A stretch of 64,000 bases of DNA from Octopus bimaculoides. Taxonomy: Eukaryota. The notes under the pieces are model-generated. The model had not been told where the DNA came from and did no database searches. It worked only from the letters and a program-made list of their open reading frames with translations. Below, piece after piece: positions 12,587 through 25,505 of this stretch (positions are counted from its first letter, which is position 1; each line of letters begins with the position of its first letter). A program made the position numbers and the translations under genes. The stretch covers positions 77,133,817-77,197,816 of the forward strand of contig NC_068991.1 in assembly GCF_001194135.2 (NCBI RefSeq), read 5' to 3'.

Positions 12587-13486
12587 TAGAACATGCCTGT
12601 GTGTTTCTGCATTCCTATTTTGTCCCTTCATTTTGGAATATAAATTGTCTGGAACCCTGCTGAGAGGAAACCATAGAACATATATTTCCAATTCATTGAA
12701 TATACAAATGAAAAGTACTGGTTTTGCTTTTTTGTTTTTTTTTTGTTTTTTTTTTTGTTTTTTTTTCTACCCCATATCACACCAGCAACATTAGCAAAAA
12801 CAACATTGCTTTCACCACTGCCATCACCACTGTCCCTAATAACAGTAAAACAAATACAAGCTTTTGGATAAAACAACAGCAACAACAACACAAGTACGAA
12901 AGAACAAAAAGGAGTGAGAGCAACAATCACTACAACAACAATTACAAAAACTCCATTATTACAATAACAATAACAACACAATGGCTAATATTGAAGAACA
13001 AAAACAAAACCATCTTTGGTGGCTGAATTAACAATTAACAACAACACCAACAACAACAGCAAGAACAACATCAGTGGCAAGAAGTGCACCACAAGAAATA
13101 TAATTATGATTGCAAAAGATGCAGCAACAACAACAACAAGCACAACATTATAATGTATAACTTCCCCATTACTAAGCAGCGAGGGGTTCCCAAATAGCTG
13201 CTTGAACCCCTTTGATGTAGCACCCAAACCACAATCGATAATTTCCTGACTGTCTTTGAAATTGAGGACCTTATACTTGAACCTAAATTTCACTTCAACA
13301 TACCAAAACTAGTACAACTGAGGTGACTTAGAGGATAAGATACTGAACTACTTGCTCATAGGTTGTAAGTTTAAGTCCCCTACAATGATTTCATTATGTT
13401 TCTGGTCAGAACGCTTAATTCTGTATTACTTCATTTCACCTAGAACTGTTTGGAATAGATAGCTTATCGTTTAGGAATATTATCTA

Positions 13487-13819
13487 TGCCAGTGCCATCT
13501 GACTGGCATCCGTGCTGGTGGCACGTAAAAGAGCATCATTTGAGCATGGCCTATACCAGTGCCACCAGACTGGCACCTGTGCCGGTGACATTTGAACATG
13601 GCCAATGCCAGTGCTGCCTAACAGGCACCCATGCCAGTGGTATGTAAAAGGCACCCACTACACTCTAGGGGTGGTTAGGAAGGGCATCCAACTGTAGAAA
13701 CCTTGCCAAATCATATTGGAGTCTGGTGCAGCCTCCCGGCATATCAGTTCTCACTCAAACCGTCCAACCCATGCCGGCATGGAAAGCAGATGTTAAACGA
13801 CGATGACGATCATGATGAT
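13487..13819 (+). mobile_element. SINE family A copy (opposite orientation)
   Basis: Internal 'gtgccggtggcacgtaaaa'-like repeats; ends 'ccgtccaacccatgccggcatggaaagcagatgttaaacgacgatgacgat'. Confidence 0.85.
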
Positions 13820-14737
13820 AGACTGTCGGCATATATATAGAGAGGCAGGTGTTTACTTTTCCTCATCTTCACACCATGAAATCAGAGCTTAGCACTGGAT
13901 TTTAAAAGACTCTCGGGAAACAGTGGACATCAACATTTTTTATATATCGTAAAAATAGGATAGCAATTGCTAGAATGTGCATCAGCTAATGAAATCGGAG
14001 CCAAACCAGCTTGTCAGACATCATATATATATCCTAAGTGATTAGTTGGTTAAGACAGCTGACATGTCACTTGTGCAATATTTATGTAATCTGGAGGAAA
14101 ACAAAACAGAAAAATGACAATGGTTCCTATTTTTCACTTCTGCAAGGAAAGAAAGGAGTAGAAAAGAATTAATGGATGTTATTACCATGAATATGGAACT
14201 GCCAAATCCAAAGACCTACATTTTAAAGGTATGGAAAAATATAAAAACTAAAGCTTCTCCCATTCTCTAGGGTTCAGGATAATAGTTAGTGCCATGATAC
14301 ACATAAGCATATTGATTGTTTTTATGTATTGGTTGGAGGAAGAAGTGCAACACCCATAATCTTTGCAATTCTACTGAGATTGGTTTCAAAAGGGAAAAAG
14401 AAATCCTGATGCTGCTAGTGGGCTCTTCTATGTCTTCTTTCCACATTCTTGGCAGAAGTAGAGCTTGGATACAGCAAGCCAACAAAATTACTTTTCAGTG
14501 CTACACTGTGTTACCTGTTTAAGGTTATTTGGCCTGGGTTCCCAGGATCTAAACCTGCATGGATACAGTGTGGGACCAGTAGCCAGCTGTGAACTGCTGT
14601 CTCTTTGGCTTGTTATCTGATAACATATTGATTCATTCAAGTGACCCTAATAAATTAGGTACGAAGTCAGCAGTTTTGAAGGAAGGGGAGGGGGTAAGAT
14701 GATACAATGAACCTCAGTACTTGATGGGCACTTTTTG

Positions 14738-14850
14738 TCAAGATCAGATTGGGACCTGGTGCAGCCTCCCGGCTTCCCAGACCTCAGTCAAAACGTCCAA
14801 CCCATGCCAGCATGGAAAACAGACGTTAAACGATGATGATGATGGTGATG
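14738..14850 (+). mobile_element. SINE family A 3' fragment
   Basis: 'ccaacccatgccagcatggaaaacagacgttaaacgatgatgatgat'. Confidence 0.8.
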
Positions 14851-15519
14851 TGTACTACATTGAATAAAGAAATGAAGAGACTTTTCAAGTATTGTCAAAC
14901 AGACTGGATGTCCCACTTAGCAGTTTGCTAAATCATACACTTGAGATCAAATTCAGCATTCGTCCCACTAGATGTGAGCTGGCTGATTGAATATATCAAA
15001 TTACAAGCTTACAGTTTTGCATTTTAAATGTAATGATGGAGCTTTGTATCTTTGTTAGAAACCAGCTCCTTCCTCAGAGGAAGGATTTAAATAATTAAAA
15101 AAAAAAGAAGAGAACAAATGAATGAACGAACATACATACATGCATGCATGCATGCATGCATGCGTACGTACATACATACATACATACGTACGTACGTACA
15201 TACATACATACATGTTTTGTAAGTAAAATGCTTAAATGAGAATCTGGATAAACTGGAATTTTCAGAAAGAGAAATCGACCGGCTAATTCTTACCTAACAA
15301 GTGCAGTCTGTGAATGGAAGAATAAAAATATGCAAGACTTTTCTCAAGTTTAAAATGTGACATTCTTTTTGTTATCAACAGTGCAATGAAGGAGCTTTGT
15401 ATCTTTGTTGGAAACTGGCTCCCCCACCCCCACCCTGTGTGGAAGATTTATGATAATTAAAAAGTAGAAGAGACATACATACTTAAAATATTTTGAGTGG
15501 TCAGTTGGAGAAACACAGA

Positions 15520-15760
15520 TCTGTGATAGACTAGCTGTTGTTGTTGTTTAGATCATGGTCAGTTCTGATTGAGCAGAATTATGATAAAAAACATTCTAGC
15601 TGTGCTCATGTTTTTTTTTACATATACCTTGGACTACACTATCTAGCATGTCCTTTCCTTCCTATTCTAAAACAGAGGTGGGTGGTGGTGGTAGGATGAT
15701 TTGAAGAAAATTTAGTTGTTATTTCTAGTATGTCAAGTGACCACTTAGCGATTTCCTTAT
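15520..15760. repeat. Interspersed repeat family E (SINE-like fragment)
   Basis: 'ggtcag...ctgat(t)gagcagac..atgatcaaag..attccagc(c)atgacc' motif also at ~4040, 16830, 17190, 26240, 31130, 31330, 37390, 45380 in both orientations. Confidence 0.6.
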
Positions 15761-18077
15761 TGGCTCCTGGCAAGCTATCCATGAAAAACAGTATCTTAAC
15801 ATGAAGTAAATTTGGTACAAGCTCTAGGTTAAAGAGCCTAAAATAGATTGCTTGGCATCCTATTGAGGAGATGGAAGGGGATTTATCTTATCTGTTTTAA
15901 CACCAGCAACCCAAAGATAAGCAACAGTCCTTAAAAGCCCCTTGAGGGAACTAGAAGCATTTAATTCACATTATTACATTACACATCTCTAGCCTTTGTG
16001 TGATTAATGTTTAGTTTGGTAATCATCAGAATTCTGAAGCTATACTTATCGCTACAAATTCAGAGAATACTTAATGTTTTTTAATAAGGTAAAGTGGGAG
16101 TTTTTCATGGAACATTAGTTTTTGCTTAAATTTTATATAAACTATGAGGAAAAAAAAAATAAATAAATAAAATATTCTAATAAAAGGGGATGGAGAAAAA
16201 GAAAAAAACAGAAATGCAAAAACAAAGGAAAAAACTGATTCTACAATAATTTTAGAAAACTGGTGTGGGAAGAAGGTAGAACGATGTGATAGATGAGGTA
16301 GTAGCAGTGGCAGTGTTGTTCTTGTTGCTGTAGTAATGGTAGTGAATTTGGTGGTTGGAGTACATGAAATTTGTAATAGTAATATTAACAGTTGTAGCAA
16401 CAAGGACAGCTGAAAGGCTGCCGCTATGCGGTCATATGATCTACCAGAAATAACAACCAAATTCCTTTACAATCACTCCCCACCTAGAAAAGGATAATTG
16501 GATAATTTGATTCTGAGCTTTTGTAATTTGGAAAAATATAGGATGGTCATAACTGGATTGTCTCTGATCATTGGACAAATTGATTTGTGAGAAATAATAA
16601 CACTGATTAAAATAGTAACTAAATCACAATTTACAACAACAACAACAGCAACAAAAGTTTCCTCTATTGCAACAACAGCAACAAATAGCTACAGTGATGA
16701 CAACATCATTGAGTCTCTATGCAGTCAATTGAACTCCTAAAAATAGCAGTCATATATTCCTCAAATCACATCCTATTGCTTCAAAAAAAGAAAGTACACT
16801 TTTAGATAATGTTGTCCTAGATACCTGTATGGGACAGTCATGGCTGGAATGCATGTGATCACAGGTCTGCTTGATCAATATTGATCTGGGGCTAAAGAAC
16901 AGCAATAACTAGAACAGAAATGACAATGATAACAGCATTAACAAGAATGATAGCTGCAGCAACAGTAATGGCAACAACTCCAAGAGTCACAGCAATAACA
17001 ACATCATTAATAGCAACGACCATTGCTATGACAGGCACCGGAAAAATAAGACAATAACAAGATCTCTGCACAGTGCACCACTTGCTAGAAATAGCTGCTA
17101 AATTTCCTTATATCACACTCTGCTGTCTTAAAAAAAAAATGGAAGGATGCATAAGTCAGTGTAGTCCTAGATATACAAAGACAATATGAAAAAGGTGAAA
17201 AAAAGGTTTTGGTCATAGCTGATGTGCTTTTGATAATAGACTTGCTCAACCATGGTTTGATCTGAGGCTAAAAAAACATGAAAACCAATAATGCAGCAGT
17301 AACAACAACTACTAAAATATAACACCCCAAAAAGAAAGAAAGAAAGAAAGAAAGAAAAACAGAGCAACAACAATAACCTTGCCACCACCTCGACTATCTC
17401 AGCAACTAGCTTCACTGACACTTGAATAACAACAACAGCAATAACAGCCACTACAAGTAATTATACAAACAGAAAGAACAGTTGAAACCATAACAGCAAC
17501 AAGAGCAGTCATCTTCATCACCACCATCACCACCACAACAACAACAACAAATGTAGTCAAAAACAACTAAAATTACTATACCCCCTCCTCCTCCTCCTCC
17601 TCCTCCTCCTACTACTACTACTACTACTACTACTACCTTGAAACCCTGCAGCAAGTACAAAAACAGCAGCTAAGAATAATAACACTAACAAAATTCACCA
17701 TTGTTTACAATTGAATATCATCTCAAAATGAAATAACTAAAGAAAGTATCTAACTAACTAAATAAAAAAAAAAGAAAAGAAATGTACGTGTAGTGGGGGG
17801 GGGGAGGTAAGAAATGGAAAAAAAAAAAGAAAAAGAAATATATATTGTGTTATAAATCAATATTCAATTTCGGCTGACAGGGCGAAACATTTCATATCTC
17901 AAATTCTTTGTCACACATGTGGTAGAATCGATAATTAGATAATAGAAGTTGTTTTATCTATAGTTATGTGATATTATGCCAATGTATGTATCTTTGCATA
18001 AGTATATTACACAGATTTATATATCTAGGTGCATTAAATCTGTTTATGAAACAGTCAGATCTGTTGAAACATTTTAC

Positions 18078-18110
18078 ACATGTGTGTATGCATGTGTGTG
18101 CTTGTGTATG

Positions 18111-18174
<64 letters not shown>

Positions 18175-18242
18175 TGCACATATACATATGTATATATAAT
18201 ATATATATGTATATATATATGTGTGTAAATATATATATGCGT

Positions 18243-18275
<33 letters not shown>

Positions 18276-18324
18276 AATGTACATATAAATGTGTATATAT
18301 ATGTATATATATATGTGTAAATAT

Positions 18325-18355
<31 letters not shown>

Positions 18356-18441
18356 CATATATGTGTATATATATATGTATACATATATGTGTGTATATGT
18401 ATACACATATATATATATATATATATATGTATATGTGAATA

Positions 18442-18487
<46 letters not shown>

Positions 18488-18492
18488 ATGTA

Positions 18493-18542
<50 letters not shown>

Positions 18543-18570
18543 ACTCCATACATGCATACTGATATATATC
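18078..18570. repeat. Compound (TA)n/(TG)n microsatellite tract
   Basis: About 490 bp of tatatg/tata/tgtg repeats; source of the YI/CV/TH ORFs in the track. Confidence 0.95.
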
Positions 18571-19306
18571 AATATATCTCACACACATATTAATATAAAT
18601 ATTCTACCTGATATTATTAATTGATTATGCAAACATAATAGGTAGATATCAGATGAAATATTTAGATGTTGTGTGTGTATGGATTTATACACATTTTCCC
18701 CCCATGTGTATATAAAACTTACTTCTCTGGTGTTTAAACTTTGCCATTTATTTTTGAAAATAATGTTCTAGTTATTGTAATCGTAGCACAATTTCCACAT
18801 ACAATTTGCAGGTTCAATTCCTATTTGAATTGGAAATTTAGCAGCAGCAGGTAAGATATCCAGCTGTGAAAAAACAACTGGCTAAGGTGGGGAAGAAAGG
18901 CATTTAAGCCACAAGACTATGCAGAAAAGAATATCATCAACATCATTATCATCATCATTTTATGCTTGTTTTTCTAAGGCTGTCTGTTTTCCATAAGTAA
19001 CACTAACCACTTTACCGTGTGGTCCAGCTGCATTTTATTGTGACACTAGCATTAGAGAAATGTCTAAAGAATTCTCTTGACTCTCTGTTCTCTATGTTCC
19101 TTTACTTTTGGATTTTTTTTTATGCCTAGAAACCTTTTCTAACACCAATCATTGTATAACATTGACATTTTGTTGTGCCACCAGTATCAGAGAAGTTGTT
19201 CTTAGATGGCTTATCTACTTTATGTTGATGCTCTGCATTTTTCGTTCATTTTGGTACAATTTATATCTCTATATTTCTCTGTTAGAAACTTCATCAAATC
19301 AAATGT

Positions 19307-19534
19307 TTAACCCTTTTGTTACTGTATTTATTTTGAGATGCTCTGTGTTTCTTTCAATTACTTTAAATATAACAAAGAATTTAGTAAAATAACTTAGTTA
19401 TCATTCAGCTAGTGTTAAGAACATAAATTGTGACTAAGGTTTAGTGGAAGGTTTTAATTCAAAACTTATGAAAACAACACATTTATACTCAAAACCAGAG
19501 CCAATTTTAGCCGGGTTGATAACGAAAAGGTGAA
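19307..19534. mobile_element. piggyBac-type MITE
   Basis: ttaa-cccttttgttac ... gataacgaaaagg-tgaa; interior resembles 10628-10867 ('aacataaatt...gaaggttttaatt'). Confidence 0.65.
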
Positions 19535-21770
19535 TGAAAAAGCATAACAACACCTAATTGCTACAAACATCGACTTACCCTCAGATCCAACTGACACCAA
19601 TCTAAACTAACATAATCTTAATTTCACCCAAGACAAGCTACAAGAGCTGGGATTAACTGAACCAACTGGGTACTTAGAACAAGCTGATGGTTTAGTTATT
19701 TATATTTTCATCTTGTTGTTAAAGGGTAGAAAAGGGATGCATAAAAATGGATACATATAAAGGGTAGAAAAGGGATACATAATAATACTACTGCAAGCAG
19801 TATCACCATAAAATTCAGAAGTGTTTTATTGATTTACAATACAATGACACTCGTGGCAAAATTGTTGAAGGTAAATCAGGATCTGATCTAGTTAGATATC
19901 TGTTTATCATCCACTTAATACAACAAAAAGACTAAAATTAAATGCTTGTGCTAAGATTAACTTAATTTGTATATAATAACTACTTCTGAGCAAAAACTAA
20001 CTTAAGCCCAACTAAATCCCCAAATTAAACCCTGGTACAAAAGGAATTTTTTCCTTTCCATTTTACAATTCTGTATCATAAAGGATTATTAATTCCTCTA
20101 ATCCTCATCGTTTCTTCTTTTTTCTTTTTCCTATGATGCTGGTTTAAACAAATATGAGTGCAGATGCATAGAGCTATGTAAATGTATATGCTGGATCTTT
20201 TCAGTTGGCAAAGTTGATAAGGTATCAGATCCATGACCTAGATTTCTATGATTCATATCAAATCTACTGATCTGAAGTCAAATAATTACTTGATTGTCAG
20301 TGAGAAAGAAAATTAAAAATTATAACCAAATATTTCCTTAGATATTGATGGAATGTCTATACCCGAAATCCATTTCTTTTTGGCAATGTTTGGTCCTGGT
20401 ATTGATAACTTTACTATCATAGTTTACAAATCAAAAATCTTATCTCATCATGACTTAGGACAAAATAAATGCAGAAGATTGTAGTATTTTATAGAAAAAT
20501 TCAGTGTTACTTGATATTCCATTATAGGCTGGTGAGCTTTCATCTATCTTATAGGATGGGCTTGATGTCTCTGCTAAATCTAGAATACAAGTATTTTGAA
20601 TAACACTCAGCTGTGTTCTATATTTTGCTACTGAGAAAAATGCATCTACCAGATGAAGAACAAGACACTCATATGAAAAATGACATATCGCCACTGTAGT
20701 GATAAACTGTGTTTTAAATATATTCAGGAAATAACAGGTATTATTTTCAGGAATTAACAGATATTATTTTCAAGCCAAATCCAAAACGTTTATCTTCAGT
20801 GATGTGACAATCCTAATAATAAATTTTAGCTATGATTAGCTATGAAGCCAATATTTTTTGCTAGGGTAGTTGAGTATATAGGTGCTGACAATTGATGTCA
20901 GTACATTACTGGTGTTGCTTACCTTATCAATCCTCAGAGAAATAACAGTCAAAGTTATCCTCAGCACCACAAAATACTGTAAGTTATTAGGTCTTGTATT
21001 CTTTGGTTTGCTAATAAATCATGGAATAGTAATACAGATTTCTTCTACTGAGGACAGAGATAGTCTACTGTAATCCATTAGTCTGTTCTGGGGATGAAGC
21101 ATTGTTCTAGCAATGCAGTAGATAACACAGACTTTTTTCTGGTATTTGACTTTAGCAAAAATTTGTAAAGAATGTATTCACATAGATTTTAATGCATATT
21201 TAATTGGATGTAGTAATTAATATAAACATTTGTATCTATGTAATCCTTACTATCATCAGCACCACTAGTACCAATTCTTTTACCACCTCCGCCATCACCA
21301 TCACCACCACCAACTACACCTACATATGCAATTTTTTTTTTTAATATCTCACTATAGTTGGAATAAGTCTTTAGAAAAACGTCCAAATTAAAAGATTTTA
21401 AAATTGTGTGCAAGGACAAAGGTTGTTTTGCAGCATTTTACAGCTACCAATGTTAGCTACACTATTAAAAATCTTGTAAATATATGTGAAAACTCCTACC
21501 TTACTAACAACAATCACTACAGGACTTTAAAGAGTTAACCTAATTGGGTTGCAAGAGCACCTGTGAAAATCCATTCATTATGTAGTGATTTAATGGACCA
21601 TTACACTAGAATAGTTTTTCATTGCCTCCTGGGGGGAATTGGGACCCAGTCATATAAGATAATGAAACACTTTAAGAATACTTAAAGTTATGTGAAGTTG
21701 ACAGTTGAGAGCCAAGTGCCTCTGCCACAGAAACAATGCAAAAGTGGTAGTAGGCCTGCCAACGCCTTAC

Positions 21771-21819
21771 CTCTTCTCTGTTCCCTATCATCTTGGTAGT
21801 TCCTGATCTCCGTTACATT
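21771..21819 (-). other. Candidate internal exon (49 nt)
   Basis: Minus: actatttgtag|AATGTAACG...AGAGAAGAG|gtaagg. Only one frame is open (NVTEIRNYQDDREQRR). No homology recognised. Confidence 0.3.
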
Positions 21820-22094
21820 CTACAAATAGTCAGATTTCAATTTTATAACATGAGGTGAAGACAACTAGGAAATTGCATTGTTTGCAAGAACATTCTCATT
21901 ATAAATCAAGTGAAATAAATTCAAACAAGAAATGAAATATGGTTGCAGATTGAGCTTTCTCAGAGGTAATGTTTCTTCAGAATGCTTACTGATATAGAGA
22001 GATTGCTACATAGTTGTTCAGAATAAAGATGTAATTCCAGAACATTTATCTGTTTCTTTAATGAATTGGTGCATAAAATATATTTGTTTATCAG

Positions 22095-22289
22095 CTCACG
22101 TGCTATGACTTGTAAATCCACTGCCAATGTTTTGGTGTATTTCTGGACAGTTCATCCAACCGTTGGGAATGGTTGCCAGGTCAATCGGGCTTCAAATTCA
22201 GACCAGAGTCCACCAGTTGTTTTGGTCTACTTTGGAACTGGACTCTCATTCTGTTATGTGACAGTTGATATGCATCAACCCCTGTCATG
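22095..22289 (+). CDS. Candidate 195-nt symmetric (phase 2-2) coding exon, product unknown
   Basis: tttgtttatcag| ... CTGTCATG|gtaagt. One open frame: SRAMTCKSTANVLVYFWTVHPTVGNGCQVNRASNSDQSPPVVLVYFGTGLSFCYVTVDMHQPLS. GC visibly above the flanks. Confidence 0.4.
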
Positions 22290-22559
22290 GTAAGTTGATA
22301 ACATACAGGATAATCCCAACAAGTTGGACATTAGTCTTTAGTCATTAATGATTTTACCATGTATGTGTACAATGTGCCTGAGAAGACCTACCCATCTAAG
22401 CACCCTAAAGACACGGCATTCATGTTTATGCCCCGCTTCCCCACCACTCATCTTCCTAACATACACCCCTCCTTCCCTCCACCTGTGTTCACCACCCACT
22501 ACATTCTCCTCCCTTCTATCTTCCACTCTCCTTCCATACTCTTGTGACTCACCTGTACA

Positions 22560-22960
22560 CATCATCATCATCATCATTTAATGTCCGGTGTACATGCTGG
22601 CATGGGTTGGATGGTTTGATCAGACCTGGTAAGCTGAGGGGCTGCACCAGGTTCCAGTTTGATTTAGCATGGTTTCTACGGCTGGATACCGTTCCTAACG
22701 ACAACCACCTCGAGAGTGTAATGGATGCCTTTATGTGCCACAAGGATGGGTGCCAGTTGCATGGCATCAATATCCGCCACGACTACAATTTCACTTGGCT
22801 CGATGGGTCATCTTCTCAAGCATGGCCTATTGCCAAAGATCTCAGTCATTTGTCATTGCCTCAGTGAGACTCAATGCTTGAAAGGTGCTTTTTACATGGC
22901 ATCAGCACAGCTGCAAGTTACACGACACCAGCACCGGCCACACTGCCTCAAAGATGGCAT
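22560..22960 (-). mobile_element. SINE family A long copy
   Basis: (cat)n tail and family A body; extra segment 'actacaatttcacttggctcgatgggtcatcttctcaagca' shared with 57548-57910 and partly with 18-440. Confidence 0.85.
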
Positions 22961-23257
22961 CAGTTAGCCATTGGCAGTGAACATGCTTTACTGGCAAACT
23001 ACCAGGTGTATACCATATGCTTAATTAACTACTAAATATATATATATGTCATTGCAATAGTGTGTCTCACAATAACTCAGTAGAGTGGAAGACTGTTGTG
23101 TAATATTTTTATTTATTTATTTATGAATTTGAAATTTACACTATTCTTGAAATTTCTCATTTTGTTCGCTTGTTTAGATGGCAAAAATAATGAATCATTT
23201 AAATTATATAAATTCCACAATATGTAGAGTATTCTTTTCTCCCATTCTTATATATAG

Positions 23258-23302
<45 letters not shown>

Positions 23303-23449
23303 ATTAATAGATTCCAATTGCTTGATCAAAAGATTGGCCTACTTATTGAATTAGTGTGTAAACGGCTGAGTGTTCCACAGACATTGTGCCCTTTACATAG
23401 TTTTCAGGGAGAATTTGCTGACTCTTTGAATTAAATACAATCCATTTCA

Positions 23450-23600
23450 TAAGCTTTCAAGCAGTTCCCATCTATCCAGATTCACTCACTTGCTTCAACA
23501 CAAAACTACAGTAAAAGACACTTGTCCCAATTGCCATGCAGTGGAATCGAATCTGGAACCTCTTGATTGATAAACAAGCTTCTTAACCATACAACTATGT
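23450..23600 (-). mobile_element. tRNA-derived SINE family B copy
   Basis: Reverse complement of the 63733-63894 family ('aagacacttgtcccaa..gccatgcagtggaatcgaa...aacaagcttcttaaccatac'). Confidence 0.7.
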
Positions 23601-24199
23601 CTATGTTCATTTATGAATATGTGTACATCTGTGTGAATGTTTTCAATCTTTGCTGAGCTACAGCTACAAACAGTGACTTTAACATCTGCAGCTCAGTTAC
23701 AAGTGATGATGTTACCATTTGTGGCTGGACTGTAACTGCTGCTGTTTGTTGACATTCCTCTGGCAACTAATCATCTGTTAGCTCTGCACTTTTGAATTCC
23801 TCTGGAATGAAAAATGTCTCTTCCTTGAAAATCCAGCAAGAGCATTCAGCTGTAAAAATCTGTCTCAATGCCTCCCATACAAGCCACAGTGGAGAATGAG
23901 ACAAGCAAACACCAACACATTCACAGCAGGATTATAATGGATTTTTATGTGAAATGTATTTAGTTATGATCCAAGTAAAGATTGTAGGTGCAGCTGAAAA
24001 TCATTGAGCTGACAACTACCCTTTCATTTCTTGCACCATTATGCATGGCAATTATCATTTGCCACTATATTTAATAAAAAAAAAATTAAGTATGACATTT
24101 CAACTTTTACTTGACAGAATGTTGTCGTGACTCTTCTGCAAAGCACAATATCATGATACAGTCACCACATATCTCAAGTTTTGCACTTCGTGACTTCCA

Positions 24200-24790
24200 A
24201 GACATGAGAAATATACCACTAGACTCATCAAAATATTGAAAAGTGCTTGACTTTACAACAATCTCTGAAGATTTCTCATAGCAATTTCACAAACGGCAAA
24301 TAATAGTCTTTTCTGCTTTTTACCACAAGAGCTAAGTCATCAGTATATCAAAGATCCTAAAGACAGCCAGTCAAAAATTCTTATTATGACCTGGAGAACT
24401 ATGATAAATAAGAAGGAAGTGAGAAGTGAGCCCTAACGGAGCCCTATCTGCATGCTAAATTCATCACTAAATTCATTAACTAATGTGGCACTCAAAGCTA
24501 TTCTTTTACTAGTTTCCTTAGTGATCACCAGATAACAGAACAAGAGACTCCATCTAAGGCCTTCCCTAGAAGACTAATGCTTGGTGTGAGTGCTAATTCC
24601 AAATTTTCTTGCAATTGTCTCACAAGAAAGAGGGTATCAGTGGTATCCCTTCCTGACACAAAGCTAAACTCTATTTCATCCAGGCCAGTGCTTTCCTAAC
24701 AAGTTTTGCCTCGACCCTATCTATGACATTCATAACTTGTCCAATAACTTGATCCCTCTGTCGTTTCCTTACTCATAGCTGTTTGCTGTC
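24200..24790 (-). mobile_element. Decayed RTE-clade LINE RT fragment
   Basis: Minus: 'GIKLL.QVMNVIDRV' region, 'EFSDEFSMQIGLR*GSLLTSFLFIIVLQ', and YTDDLALV (YTDD at 24336-24347, cf. YADD). Confidence 0.8.
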
Positions 24791-25470
24791 TTTTGCTTTT
24801 GTAACAGTTTATAACGATACTGCAACATTAGTCATTGGGTATGACACTTCACTGTCATATCTGACTGACATACTCGTGAATGTGCACTCGTGTGTATGCA
24901 CACACGTACAAGTATGTGTGTGTTTATATTTTTCTAGGATCAATCTTATTTAGTACATTACATATAAATTCAAGATTTAGAAGGGGGGAAAAGTAAACTA
25001 AATCATACAACTAAAACAACAACAAACAAAATATAAGTTAGAAACACAGTAAAAGAAGTAATTTTAAATTAAACACAATAAAACTAACGGCAACAACACC
25101 ATCACCACAAGAACAACAAAAGTGACAACAACAAGTGGCAAACACCCATAATTTTTGTTTCCACTGAATGGCTTCTTTATATGATTCCAGAACCATATTT
25201 TTAATTGGAAACCCTATTGGTTACATATTTTTAACTTATCTATTTCTGGCATAGGAAAGAAAAAAAAAAAGAAAATAGTATAAAGAAAAACAAAGTTTGA
25301 AGGAAAGAAGAAAATAATGATAATAATAATGATAATATTGATAATGAAAATGATGATGATGTAACTGTGAGTGTGTTTCTATAAAAATTTAATTCACTTC
25401 TGGAACATTTTCGAAGAATCTTTCCAATTAAAAATAGGAATGTATGGTTTTATGTGTGCGTGCATGCATG

Positions 25471-25505
<35 letters not shown>

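Noticed and set aside
17964-18572. Long ORFs (up to 202 aa) of YI/TH/CV repeats
   Set aside because: Translations of (TA)n/(TG)n microsatellite; the same applies to ORFs at 4226, 25371, 41134, 41489, 50350-50540, 57304.
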